From Desulfuromonadales bacterium (lineage in GTDB: Bacteria > Desulfobacterota > Desulfuromonadia > Geobacterales > Pseudopelobacteraceae): a stretch of DNA of 64,000 bases. Position numbers and translations under genes: made by a program. The notes under the pieces were generated by a model. It saw only the letters and a list, made by a program, of their open reading frames with translations, was not told the origin of the DNA and made no database searches. This document shows, one piece after another, positions 31,628 through 39,710 of the stretch. How positions within the stretch are numbered: the stretch's first letter is position 1; each line of letters starts with the position of its first letter. The DNA lies in contig JAENWA010000013.1 of NCBI GenBank assembly GCA_016650295.1, forward strand, positions 48,457-112,456, read 5' to 3'.

Positions 31628-32305
31628 TTATTCAGCTACGAACTGAGCCGTAATCTCACCCAAGCGTTCAATCTCTGTACCGATTCTGCGTGACTCCCTG
31701 CCGACAGTTTCCCGGGCCGCCCGAACGCCTGCTTCAATAGCGGTTGTCTGCTGGGCTGATTTGGAAATCTCCCGTTCAAGCAACTTTTCCAGCTCAGAGA
31801 TCTGCTTGCGTATCTCGGACGTAGATTTCTCCAGGCCGGACCTGATATCTTCTACCTGTGCCACCGACTGCTGTTCGGCTGCCTGCAGCTGTACATCCAG
31901 AAGCTGTTTATAGCTGTTCAGTGTGTCGATCTTGCGTTTCGCATCATCGACGCAATCGCTTATCTGCCAGTTATCATCCGCGGCATCCATAGCCTGAACA
32001 GCGGCCTTGCGGGTTACTGCATCCATGGTGCGCAAACCTTCCAGCAGTCGCAGCAGTTTTTCAGCCGGAAAAGGGGACTGGGGCAGACCCGTTGCGGCAT
32101 AAATATCTTCTATTGGTCTGTTTTCAATGATAGTGCTCCCGGGTGGGAACACGTTTTGGAGAGGTGGCGGTTCTGGTGGGTCAGGTGGAACATCCACCTG
32201 ATCGGACGATGGCATATCAAGGTTTTCTATGCCGGCCTCAACTTTTTCCTCATCACTCAACTCAACAAGATTCGCCTTTGCAAGCAGATTCAAAAGACCC
32301 TTCAT
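31628..32305 (-). CDS. hypothetical coiled-coil protein, first gene of the operon
   Basis: 225 aa with a proline-rich linker (PPDPPEPPPLQNVFPP) followed by a heptad-rich helical region. It lies 20 nt upstream of the binding-protein gene. No family recognised. Confidence 0.55.
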   Translation of the reverse strand: MKGLLNLLAKANLVELSDEEKVEAGIENLDMPSSDQVDVPPDPPEPPPLQNVFPPGSTIIENRPIEDIYAATGLPQSPFPAEKLLRLLEGLRTMDAVTRKAAVQAMDAADDNWQISDCVDDAKRKIDTLNSYKQLLDVQLQAAEQQSVAQVEDIRSGLEKSTSEIRKQISELEKLLEREISKSAQQTTAIEAGVRAARETVGRESRRIGTEIERLGEITAQFVAE

Positions 32306-32775
32306 GGCTCCTCCATAAATAACAGTTCATTACAGGGGTTTTCGAAAGACAGCTCATATCGTTTACCACCATTTAGGGGATGTAGCAACTGGAGAACATG
32401 CAAGACATCACTATATTTGTTATAAACTCTAAAACTTTGCAGCTCCTGCCTGTTGATGCGCCAAGCAGGAGTTGCATATCAAGGAATAATTCATTTTGCT
32501 GCTACCAAACCCATCAGCTCCGCCATGCGCGATGCCGGGGTATCACTGACCCGCTGGCCGTCGTGGTAGAAAGTTATCAACTGCAGAGGGCCGTCCTTGG
32601 CGGCCTTGATTGCCACATCATCCGGTGTAAAGGTCGTACGACCCAGGGATCTCTTGGTCGGCCAATCGATGCCGCTGGGGGCTGTCAGGGTCAAGTCTTG
32701 AAAAGTCAGATTTGCAATGGCGCTCTGTTAGGATGAATTACTTTTTTTCACTGCACAGCATAGAAACAGGCAAAA

Positions 32776-33021
32776 ATGCTCCTTCACTGCACCAAAAAGC
32801 TAGCCGCCAAACTGCCGGAGGTGTCGGCAACACCGCTTGCCGAAACAAGCCATCTGGGAAGTTGGCATGCCCACCTTCTCACCATCGACCGCCGCCAGTG
32901 CGTGATGTTCTGCCACGACGAGAGCCATTATGTCCTCTTTCAACCGGGTCTGGTCAAGACGAACTTTGCGGATTTGGGTCGTCTGCACCGGGAGCTATTC
33001 CTGTCTTCGCTGGTTGCTTGA
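32776..33021 (+). pseudogene. possible 5' fragment of a conserved hypothetical gene (81-aa ORF)
   Basis: MLLHCTKKLAAKL...WHAHLLTIDRRQCVMFCHDESHYVLFQPGL... reads like a real protein N-terminus. It stops exactly where the antisense VbhA-like remnant begins. I recall no confirmed family. Confidence 0.3.
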
Positions 33022-33024
33022 GAG

Positions 33025-33163
33025 TTCGTATCTTCCCGGCGGGTTCGTCTTTCAGGTAAATCCCTTCGATGGCAAACGAAGAAACCAGCGAACGACGCAT
33101 AAGCCGCTTGCGCTAACCGGATCTTTCAGGTAGGGATTGGTCTCAAGTAGTGACTTTTTCATA
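33025..33163 (-). pseudogene. frameshifted paralog of the VbhA-like small gene at 52879-53070
   Basis: The reverse strand from the ATG at 33163 reads MKKSLLETNPYLKDPV, identical over the first 16 residues to the intact copy. Homology then continues only in another frame (RKRLMRRSLVSSSFAIEGIYLKDE versus RRKMLDRSIISSSAIEGIHITEED). The in-frame reading stops after 37 codons. Confidence 0.6.
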
Positions 33164-33195
33164 GCGGCAGTTTTCCTTGAATTGAGCTGAAACAA

Positions 33196-33224
33196 TGACC
33201 ACTAGACCCCCAGTCTAGTGTGCC
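33196..33224. repeat. copy 1 of a 25-nt identical palindromic repeat (TGACCACTAGACCCCCAGTCTAGTG)
   Basis: Exact 25-nt match to 54063-54087, or 29 nt with one mismatch. It contains the hairpin CACTAGAC-CCCCA-GTCTAGTG. Confidence 0.9.
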
Positions 33225-33238
33225 AGGGGCGACTGACT

Positions 33239-33649
33239 TTAACCAATCGGATAGAGGGTAATTCCCGCCGGTTTGCCGAGCGCCTCGAAGTGGCTGTCCA
33301 GGGTTGCCACCTGAACCTTGGCCGAAGCGGCGGCTGCGGCAATGAAGCAGTCGGACAGGCCGACGGTGATACCTTTGCGACGCAGTTTGCCTGACAATTT
33401 ACCGGCAGCAGCCCATAATTCGGGAGTTTCGGGAATGAAAGTAAAAACCTTCAGGAAGTCATCGAGAACGGTAAGTTCCTTGTCTGACTTCGCCCCTTGC
33501 ATCAGTTCGGCAAGGATGATGCCGCAGCAGACGACCTGATCGTTGTCGATAAGCTTCGTTACCATGCTGTGATACGGTTCGCGCTGACGAAAAAACTCAA
33601 TCCAGATCGAGGTGTCTATCAGTACACTAGCCAAGGCGATTGTCTCCAT
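33239..33649 (-). CDS. vapC: type II toxin VapC (PIN-domain ribonuclease)
   Basis: PIN signature is present (VLIDTSIWIEFF...ILAELMQG...LSDCFIAAAA...ATLDSHF). The ATG at 33649 is preferred over 33661. The gene overlaps the vapB 3' end. Confidence 0.8.
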   Translation of the reverse strand: METIALASVLIDTSIWIEFFRQREPYHSMVTKLIDNDQVVCCGIILAELMQGAKSDKELTVLDDFLKVFTFIPETPELWAAAGKLSGKLRRKGITVGLSDCFIAAAAASAKVQVATLDSHFEALGKPAGITLYPIG

Positions 33650-33836
33650 GGCGCAGTTCATCGGCAGTGCCGGTAAACTCCATATTTCCGGCCATGGCCT
33701 TGATGCGGCTCAGCTTGCGCAGGCGGATCTCGTCCTTGACTGCGGTAACGACAGCTTCGGTCTTGCTTCTGGCCCCCAACAGAGCCATTAATTCTGTCAG
33801 CAGGTCCTGGGGAAGGGTGACTGTAGCGCGTGTCAT
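33627..33836 (-). CDS. vapB: type II antitoxin, VapB-like
   Basis: 69 aa (MTRATVTLPQDLLTELMALLGARSKTEAVVTAV...) lying directly upstream of, and overlapping, the PIN toxin gene. Confidence 0.7.
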   Translation of the reverse strand: MTRATVTLPQDLLTELMALLGARSKTEAVVTAVKDEIRLRKLSRIKAMAGNMEFTGTADELRHGDNRLG

Positions 33837-33956
33837 ATCTGACCTCCATGAGTATGTTGCACAAATAATGATACGTATTTTGTGCTAAACATCAACACAA
33901 AAATAAGCAATCTAAATTGAAATGTAATCAATTAGCCTCTCTTTTGAATATGAAAT

Positions 33957-33992
33957 TAAAACGCTGCAACGAAATGTTGCGGCGTTTTTTGT
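33957..33992 (-). terminator. hairpin terminator downstream of the orphan hyfB-like gene (usable in both directions)
   Basis: A 10-bp stem (ACGCTGCAAC/GTTGCGGCGT, one G-U pair) with loop GAAAT is flanked by TTAAA on one side and TTTTTT on the other. Confidence 0.6.
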
Positions 33993-34051
33993 GTGCGGAC
34001 TCACGCAGGAATGGCCGAATTCCGGAAAGATAACGTCTTCAGTTTAATGGA

Positions 34052-36061
34052 CTAGTATGGCAGGCTGATGACGATAAGCACTACCAGAGTGATGAAGGTG
34101 TAGAGGATGTAGAGGTGCAGATGTCCGTGCTGAAGCCTCCTGACAGGCAGGAACTTCTCGTAGATGCGAGCGAGTATGGGTAGATATATCCGTTCTAGAA
34201 CTGCTTCCGGCACATGGCTTTCAAAATGAGGATCAGCAGGGAATGGGCCTATGATGTGCGGCGCGTGACGCTGGAGGCGCAGAACACCAGCAAAGAGGTT
34301 CACCAGTATGTCGGCAAAGGAAGATGCACTGTATTGCATTCTGCTGCCCGGTTCGAGATAGCCGCATCCCCAGGTGGCGGCGCTGGAAACGGTTGCTTTG
34401 TTCACCTTGTTGCGGTACCAGTACGTCAAACAGAACGTCACGGCAAGCAGGGCAACGGCAAGGATCGAAATCCAGGCCAAAGGAGCAACGGCGGCCAAGA
34501 AAATGGGGCCTGTAGAGCGTGGCAACCAGGCGCTTACAGCAGATTCCAGAAGGTGGGCTATTGCTACAGGCACCACCCCGATGATGAGACAGACCATGGC
34601 CAATATCATCAAGGGGAGACGCATGGTCCATTTTGCTTCATGGACCGTTGCCGGGAGTTGCGAGCGCGGCGCTCCAAGAAATACAACGCCTACGACCTTG
34701 ACGAAACAGGCGACGGCCAGACCACCGATCAGGGCCAGGGCTGGAGCAGCGATGGCCGTAGCGATGGCCCCTGCACCGCTGCCGTAAATAGTCCCGTTGA
34801 AAAAACCGAGATAAATCAGGAATTCACTGACAAACCCGTTGAGTGGAGGTAATCCGCAAATTGCCACGGAGCCGATAATGAACGATACGGCGGTCCAGGG
34901 CATGGGACGCAGCAGACCTCCCATGCGATCGATTTCACGGGTTGCAACCGCATGAATGACCGAACCGGCTCCAAGAAAAAGAAGCGCCTTGAAGGTGGCA
35001 TGGTTCAGCACGTGCAAGAGCGCACCGGCCAGTCCCAACAAAATAAGGATTGGTGAACCGCTGGCCGAACCGATCAATGCCGTGCCGATCCCCATGGTGA
35101 TAATGCCGATGTTTTCGATACTGTGATAGGCCAACAGGCGCTTGAGGTCGTGCTGTCCCAGGGCAAAGAGTACACCGACGATCCCGGATGCCATGCCGAG
35201 GACAATGACGACCATGCCCCACCAGAGCGGTATCCCCGTATAAAACGACAAAGTCCGCACCAGGCCGTAGATGCCGATCTTCAGCATGACACCGGACATG
35301 ATGGCGGATACGTGACTGGGGGCGTTGGCGTGGGCAGACGGGAGCCAGATGTGAAGCGGCATGAGTCCGGCCTTGAACCCGAACCCGAACAGGGCCACCA
35401 GGAAGATGGCTGCGGACAGAGGCGCCGTGGCGGCCAGAGAACCGGCATTGGGGAATGTGAAGGCGCCGGTGCTGCTCTTCAGCAGTGCGAACAGGGCAAA
35501 CAGGGCCAAGGTTCCGGTATGGGTGCAGATCATATAGAGAGTGCCGGCGTCACGGACTTCCGGGGTGTGGTCGTCAGTGGTCAGAACGAAATAGGCGGCC
35601 AGCGCCATTATCTCCCAGGCCAGCAGAAACATGCCCGCCGAACGCGCCATGATAATGAAGATCATGGATGACACCAGCAGTCCGAAAAAAAAGGTCATTT
35701 TACGAACAGTGCGGGGATTGGTCAGGGCCGGCCAGTAGTCCAGGGCATAGATGCTGCAGCAGGCGGCAACAATCAGGATCGGCAGGGCAAAGAAGGCGGT
35801 GAGCGGGTCAATCCCGCATTCAGCAGGACCGAAGGGAAGCGGCCAGGCCAATTGATAGGTAACGTAGTGACGATGGATAAGCGTCATGACGGAACCGGCA
35901 ATCCCTCCAACCGCAGCAGCAACCAGTGCCAACGTCGCTAAGCGCTGGCCAAGAACCGGGTTCAGAACGCGCAGCAAGAGTGGCAGACCTGATAAAGCAG
36001 CCGTTAGTGCCGCTCCTATCAGGAGCATGGCAGAAAGGTTTGCCGCCGGGTCGCCGGTCAT
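34052..36061 (-). CDS. HyfB/NuoL-type proton-conducting antiporter-like membrane subunit (orphan paralog)
   Basis: 669 aa and polytopic, with conserved blocks (LAWEIMALAAYFVLT, GFKAGLMPLHIWLPSAHANAPSHVSAIMSGVMLKIGIYG). It is clearly paralogous to the gene at 37608-39593. Confidence 0.85.
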   Translation of the reverse strand: MTGDPAANLSAMLLIGAALTAALSGLPLLLRVLNPVLGQRLATLALVAAAVGGIAGSVMTLIHRHYVTYQLAWPLPFGPAECGIDPLTAFFALPILIVAACCSIYALDYWPALTNPRTVRKMTFFFGLLVSSMIFIIMARSAGMFLLAWEIMALAAYFVLTTDDHTPEVRDAGTLYMICTHTGTLALFALFALLKSSTGAFTFPNAGSLAATAPLSAAIFLVALFGFGFKAGLMPLHIWLPSAHANAPSHVSAIMSGVMLKIGIYGLVRTLSFYTGIPLWWGMVVIVLGMASGIVGVLFALGQHDLKRLLAYHSIENIGIITMGIGTALIGSASGSPILILLGLAGALLHVLNHATFKALLFLGAGSVIHAVATREIDRMGGLLRPMPWTAVSFIIGSVAICGLPPLNGFVSEFLIYLGFFNGTIYGSGAGAIATAIAAPALALIGGLAVACFVKVVGVVFLGAPRSQLPATVHEAKWTMRLPLMILAMVCLIIGVVPVAIAHLLESAVSAWLPRSTGPIFLAAVAPLAWISILAVALLAVTFCLTYWYRNKVNKATVSSAATWGCGYLEPGSRMQYSASSFADILVNLFAGVLRLQRHAPHIIGPFPADPHFESHVPEAVLERIYLPILARIYEKFLPVRRLQHGHLHLYILYTFITLVVLIVISLPY

Positions 36062-36744
36062 GAGACGGTTTTGCCGAGATCATTTTCGATTTCAAGAACG
36101 GCAGCCATGATCGCCTCGGAGTTGCATTGTTTGCCGAGGATGTCCCGCAAACGCTGATCCCGCAGACAATAGGCCAGCTTTGAGAGCAGATGCAGGTGCA
36201 TCCTGATGGTCGGAGAGATGATGGTGAAAAGTATCTGAACCGGCTTACCGTCCAATGCCCCGAAATCAACCGGCTCCGAGAGAAAACAGAGTGCAATCTT
36301 CGGGACGGGCAACTGCACCAGGATCGGATTACGGACATGTGGAATGGCGATACCATCGCCGACTGCAGTTGTTCCCATGGCTTCACGGGCCAGCAGCACC
36401 TGCAGGATGAAGTCGGGATCGATATCCGGCGGCAAGTCCAAGACCTTCACGGCATTTCGCAGCACAGCTTCCTTATCGTCACCCGGAAAACCACAATGGA
36501 TGCCGCCGGCTTGCAGCGCCTGGCTCAATGTCGGCAACGGACGATTATCCGCATCAGGCATCTTGTACAGGGCCGGATTCACTTTTATTCCGTGCTCCGT
36601 TGCCCATTCCAGCAGGTCCACCGGGTTGATCTGGTAATTCCCCTGGATGGATTCAGCGGGTAAATTGTCTTTTTTAATCCAGCGCACAACAGTTTTTTCA
36701 TCGACATTCAATGCCTGCGCGGCTTCGGACGTTTCAAGCAGCAT
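36058..36744 (-). CDS. HTH (excisionase/MerR-type) domain fused to PTS EIIA(Ntr/Fru)-type domain
   Basis: 228 aa. The N-terminus is LLETSEAAQALNVDEKTVVRWIKKDNLPA. The EIIA domain has the phosphorylatable-His motif GDGIAIPHVR. Its stop overlaps the start of the hyfB-like gene by 4 nt. Confidence 0.8.
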   Translation of the reverse strand: MLLETSEAAQALNVDEKTVVRWIKKDNLPAESIQGNYQINPVDLLEWATEHGIKVNPALYKMPDADNRPLPTLSQALQAGGIHCGFPGDDKEAVLRNAVKVLDLPPDIDPDFILQVLLAREAMGTTAVGDGIAIPHVRNPILVQLPVPKIALCFLSEPVDFGALDGKPVQILFTIISPTIRMHLHLLSKLAYCLRDQRLRDILGKQCNSEAIMAAVLEIENDLGKTVS

Positions 36745-36814
36745 GTGGTTTATCCTTTAGTAAGTTAGATATTATTCACTGCGATTTTTGTAGGGAATAA
36801 TATCGTAAACGCAC

Positions 36815-37192
36815 TTATCCTGTTTTAACAGGGTTGAGGTATCCCAGCGTTTCTTCGATACCGAGTTGCAGGCAGAGCGTCTTATCTACCTGACTCATGA
36901 GTGATTTACTAATAAAGCCGAGCCGGTCGCCGACCACGTTGGCCTTGTCGATGGTAATCAGAATATGCGAGCTGATCTTGGCATCTCTTGCCAAACCGTC
37001 GTCCGAAGCCGGCAAAAAGGTCTCGAAATCATAGATCTTTTCCAGACGGGTAAAATTCAGGGGAATAATGGTCACGACAGAAGAATATTCGTTACTGATA
37101 TTATTACTCACCACCAGGCAGGGGCAGACCTCAGGTTCCTGCACATCGGCATGGGGCAACTTGACCGCATAGATACCGCCGCGCTTAAACAT
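36815..37192 (-). CDS. mazF: MazF/PemK-family type II toxin endoribonuclease
   Basis: 125 aa (FKRGGIYAVKL...PCLVVSNNISNEYSSVVTIIPL), a typical MazF/PemK pattern. Confidence 0.75.
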   Translation of the reverse strand: MFKRGGIYAVKLPHADVQEPEVCPCLVVSNNISNEYSSVVTIIPLNFTRLEKIYDFETFLPASDDGLARDAKISSHILITIDKANVVGDRLGFISKSLMSQVDKTLCLQLGIEETLGYLNPVKTG

Positions 37193-37421
37193 CCCGTTTC
37201 TCCGTTACCGCTGATTCGAATTTTTTGAGCACCTCTTTGGTTTCCTCCGCAGTCGACGTGTATCCTTCTATCAGGCCCTTGTAGGCCCTTTTTTTCACCT
37301 CTTCAAGTTTTTCCCTGGCCGCTTCCGCAAGGAACTGACTCAATCCCCGCTGCCCATACAAGGCCTTGATATCGTCCACGATCGGGCTCGGCAACGTGAT
37401 ATTCAATCGCGTATTCGGCAT
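37185..37421 (-). CDS. ribbon-helix-helix (CopG/MazE-like) antitoxin
   Basis: 78 aa (NTRLNITLPSPIVDDIKALYGQRGLSQFLAEAAREKL) overlapping the mazF start by 8 nt. Confidence 0.7.
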   Translation of the reverse strand: MPNTRLNITLPSPIVDDIKALYGQRGLSQFLAEAAREKLEEVKKRAYKGLIEGYTSTAEETKEVLKKFESAVTEKRDV

Positions 37422-37607
37422 AATGGCTATTTCCTTTGCATATTTATGTGTCTTGAATTAATTTAGCGCTTCACAATTGCATTGACGTATGAATATTTGT
37501 ACCAGATATCTATGTAAAGTGTTATAAATTTTTACAACGTATAATTATTTAATACCATCAATCAGCCATGTCCCCTCGATTGAGCGAGAGAACAGGTGTG
37601 AGGCTTC

Positions 37608-39593
37608 GTGTTTTATTCCGTTGAACCGACGATATTCCTACTGGCAGCAGCAATACTGATGGCGTTTTCAGGTGTGCCGGGTCTCGCGTTACATCATCCG
37701 GCCCGAGGACAACGAATAGCCGCTTTTTTCGTTGTTATTGCATCTTTTCTGGGTGAATACGCCGTCATTACTCTCCTTAACGGTTCCACGGGAGCAGTCT
37801 ACCAGATTGACTGGCCGCTGCCGTTCGGCCCGGCCCTCTTGTCCGTCGATCAGCTCTCGATTATCTTCCTCCTGCCACTCTTCCTGGTTGCCGGGTGTGT
37901 CTCGGTATATTCAGTCGCTTACTGGCCGGCCAGAAAGCATTCCAGCGCCGGAAAACTTACGCTGTTTCTCGGAATCTTCGCAGCAGCGATGGTCATAGTG
38001 GTTATGGCCCGCAACAGCGTACTGTTTATTATGGCATGGGAAGTGATGGCCCTGTCGGCCTATTTCCTGTTGACGGCCGAGCAACAGAGTGCCGAGGTGC
38101 AGCGGGTCGGTACGGTCTATCTGATTGCCACACACACCGGAACCATGGCGCTTTTAGCTATGTTTTCGCTCCTGCGCGGGACGATCGGCACGTTTGAGTT
38201 TCCGCTATCGCATTCACTTTCCCCGTCTGTGCCGGTTGCATCGGTCATTATCATCACGGCCCTGATCGGTTTTGGCGGCAAAGCAGGCCTTATGCCTCTG
38301 CACTTCTGGATGCCCGGCGCCCATGCCAACGCCCCCAGCCATGTTTCTGCCATGATGTCCGGCGTGATGCTGAAGATGGGTGTTTATGGCATTCTGCGGA
38401 CATTGTCATTTTTTGACGCCCTTCCGGTCTGGGTTGGCTGGCTGATCCTCCTCTTGGGCGCCTGGTCGGCAATCAACGGCATTGCCCTGGCAGCCGGCCA
38501 ACGCGACCTGAAACGTCTCCTGGCCTGCAGCAGCATCGAGAATGTCGGCATTATCTTCATCGGCATCGGTCTGGCGCTGGTTGGAATGCAACTGCAGGCA
38601 CCCTACCTGGTTGTATGTGGTCTCTTCGGAGCCTTCATCCATATCATCAATCATGGTCTGTTCAAATCGCTCCTCTTTCTGGGCAGCGGGGTGCTGATCC
38701 ATGCTGTCGGTACCCGTGAGATAGACCGGATGGGGGGCCTGGCCCGACGCATGCCGATCACGTCTCCGCTCTTTCTGGTCGGTTCCCTGGCCATCTGCGG
38801 GCTGCCGCCGCTCAATGGTTTCGTCGGTGAGCTGTTTCTCTACGTCGGCGCCATCACCGATGGGATTGTTGCCCCGTTGCCTCTGGCGGCCCTGGTGGCA
38901 CCGGTCCTGGCATTGGTTGGAGGGTTGGCGGTGATTACTTTCGTTAAACTGTATGGCATCATTTTTCTTGGCGTTCCCCGCTCAGTCGAAGCCGCGCACG
39001 GCCATGAAGCAACTCCGGCCATGACCGTTCCGATGGTTCTGCTGGCGGCAGGTTGCCTGGTTGCAGGGTTGGCGCCTGTGCTGCTGGTGCGACTGGTTAC
39101 CCCGGCGGTCGCTTTGTATGGTGATCTGGCCGCTCCTGTCATTGCCAAGGTTACCAGTCTGGTTCCTATAGTGCCGCTCACGATTGCGAATATCCTGCTC
39201 GTCTCCCTGTTCCTGGTGATCGGGACTGCGTACCTGCTTCGTCTGCGCAGGTTGCCACGCTCCCGGGGGGCTACCTGGGGGTGCGGCTACCTTGAACCGA
39301 CAGCCAGAATGCAATATACCGGCACATCCTTCAGTGAGATGGCGATTAACGTGTTAGGGGCAATCGTTGCCCCCAACCGCCGGAAACCCCGGCTTGCCGC
39401 AGCTTTTCCGCCTGCCGGGACACGTTTTCAGTACACGGTTACCGAAACCGTGCTGGACCGGATTCTGACACCGATCTTTGAAGTTGTCGGCCTGGCCTTT
39501 TCCTATCTCAGGAGAGTGCAGCACGGCCAGCTTCATATCTATGTACTGTATATCTTTGCCACGTTGTGCGTCCTGATGTTCTGGAGGAATTAA
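37608..39593 (+). CDS. Ehr complex subunit, HyfB/NuoL-like antiporter subunit (EhrA-like)
   Basis: 661 aa with a GTG start and conserved HyfB blocks (MAWEVMALSAYFLLT, GGKAGLMPLHFWMPGAHANAPSHVSAMMSGVMLKMGVYG). Confidence 0.85.
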   Translation: MFYSVEPTIFLLAAAILMAFSGVPGLALHHPARGQRIAAFFVVIASFLGEYAVITLLNGSTGAVYQIDWPLPFGPALLSVDQLSIIFLLPLFLVAGCVSVYSVAYWPARKHSSAGKLTLFLGIFAAAMVIVVMARNSVLFIMAWEVMALSAYFLLTAEQQSAEVQRVGTVYLIATHTGTMALLAMFSLLRGTIGTFEFPLSHSLSPSVPVASVIIITALIGFGGKAGLMPLHFWMPGAHANAPSHVSAMMSGVMLKMGVYGILRTLSFFDALPVWVGWLILLLGAWSAINGIALAAGQRDLKRLLACSSIENVGIIFIGIGLALVGMQLQAPYLVVCGLFGAFIHIINHGLFKSLLFLGSGVLIHAVGTREIDRMGGLARRMPITSPLFLVGSLAICGLPPLNGFVGELFLYVGAITDGIVAPLPLAALVAPVLALVGGLAVITFVKLYGIIFLGVPRSVEAAHGHEATPAMTVPMVLLAAGCLVAGLAPVLLVRLVTPAVALYGDLAAPVIAKVTSLVPIVPLTIANILLVSLFLVIGTAYLLRLRRLPRSRGATWGCGYLEPTARMQYTGTSFSEMAINVLGAIVAPNRRKPRLAAAFPPAGTRFQYTVTETVLDRILTPIFEVVGLAFSYLRRVQHGQLHIYVLYIFATLCVLMFWRN

Positions 39594-39594
39594 A

Positions 39595-39692
39595 GAAGGT
39601 TGAAGGTTGAAGGCTGAAGGTTGAAGGTTGAAGGTTGAAGGTTGAAGGTTGAAGGTTGAAGGATGAGGGATGAGGGATGAGGGATGAGGTAA
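39595..39692 (+). repeat. heptamer tandem array: (GAAGGTT/GAAGGCT) x9, GAAGGAT, (GAGGGAT) x3, GAGGTAA
   Basis: Read directly from the sequence. The 14 in-phase 7-nt units start 2 nt after the ehrA-like stop codon. Confidence 0.95.
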
Positions 39693-39710
39693 CGCTTTTG
39701 CCTTGTTTTC

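Noticed and set aside
32306-32490. Sigma54 (-24/-12) promoter upstream of the psp-like operon, by analogy with E. coli pspA.
   Set aside because: The best candidate on the minus strand (TTGGCGCATCAACAGGCAGG) has GG-N11-GC spacing instead of N10 and a poor -12 element. No PspF-like activator gene is present.
32491-32694. 67-aa minus-strand ORF (MTLTAPSGIDWPTKRSLGRTTFTPDD...).
   Set aside because: It has a TTG start with no obvious Shine-Dalgarno sequence and no recognisable family, and it lies in a region full of gene fragments. It may be a remnant, and the support is insufficient to call a gene.
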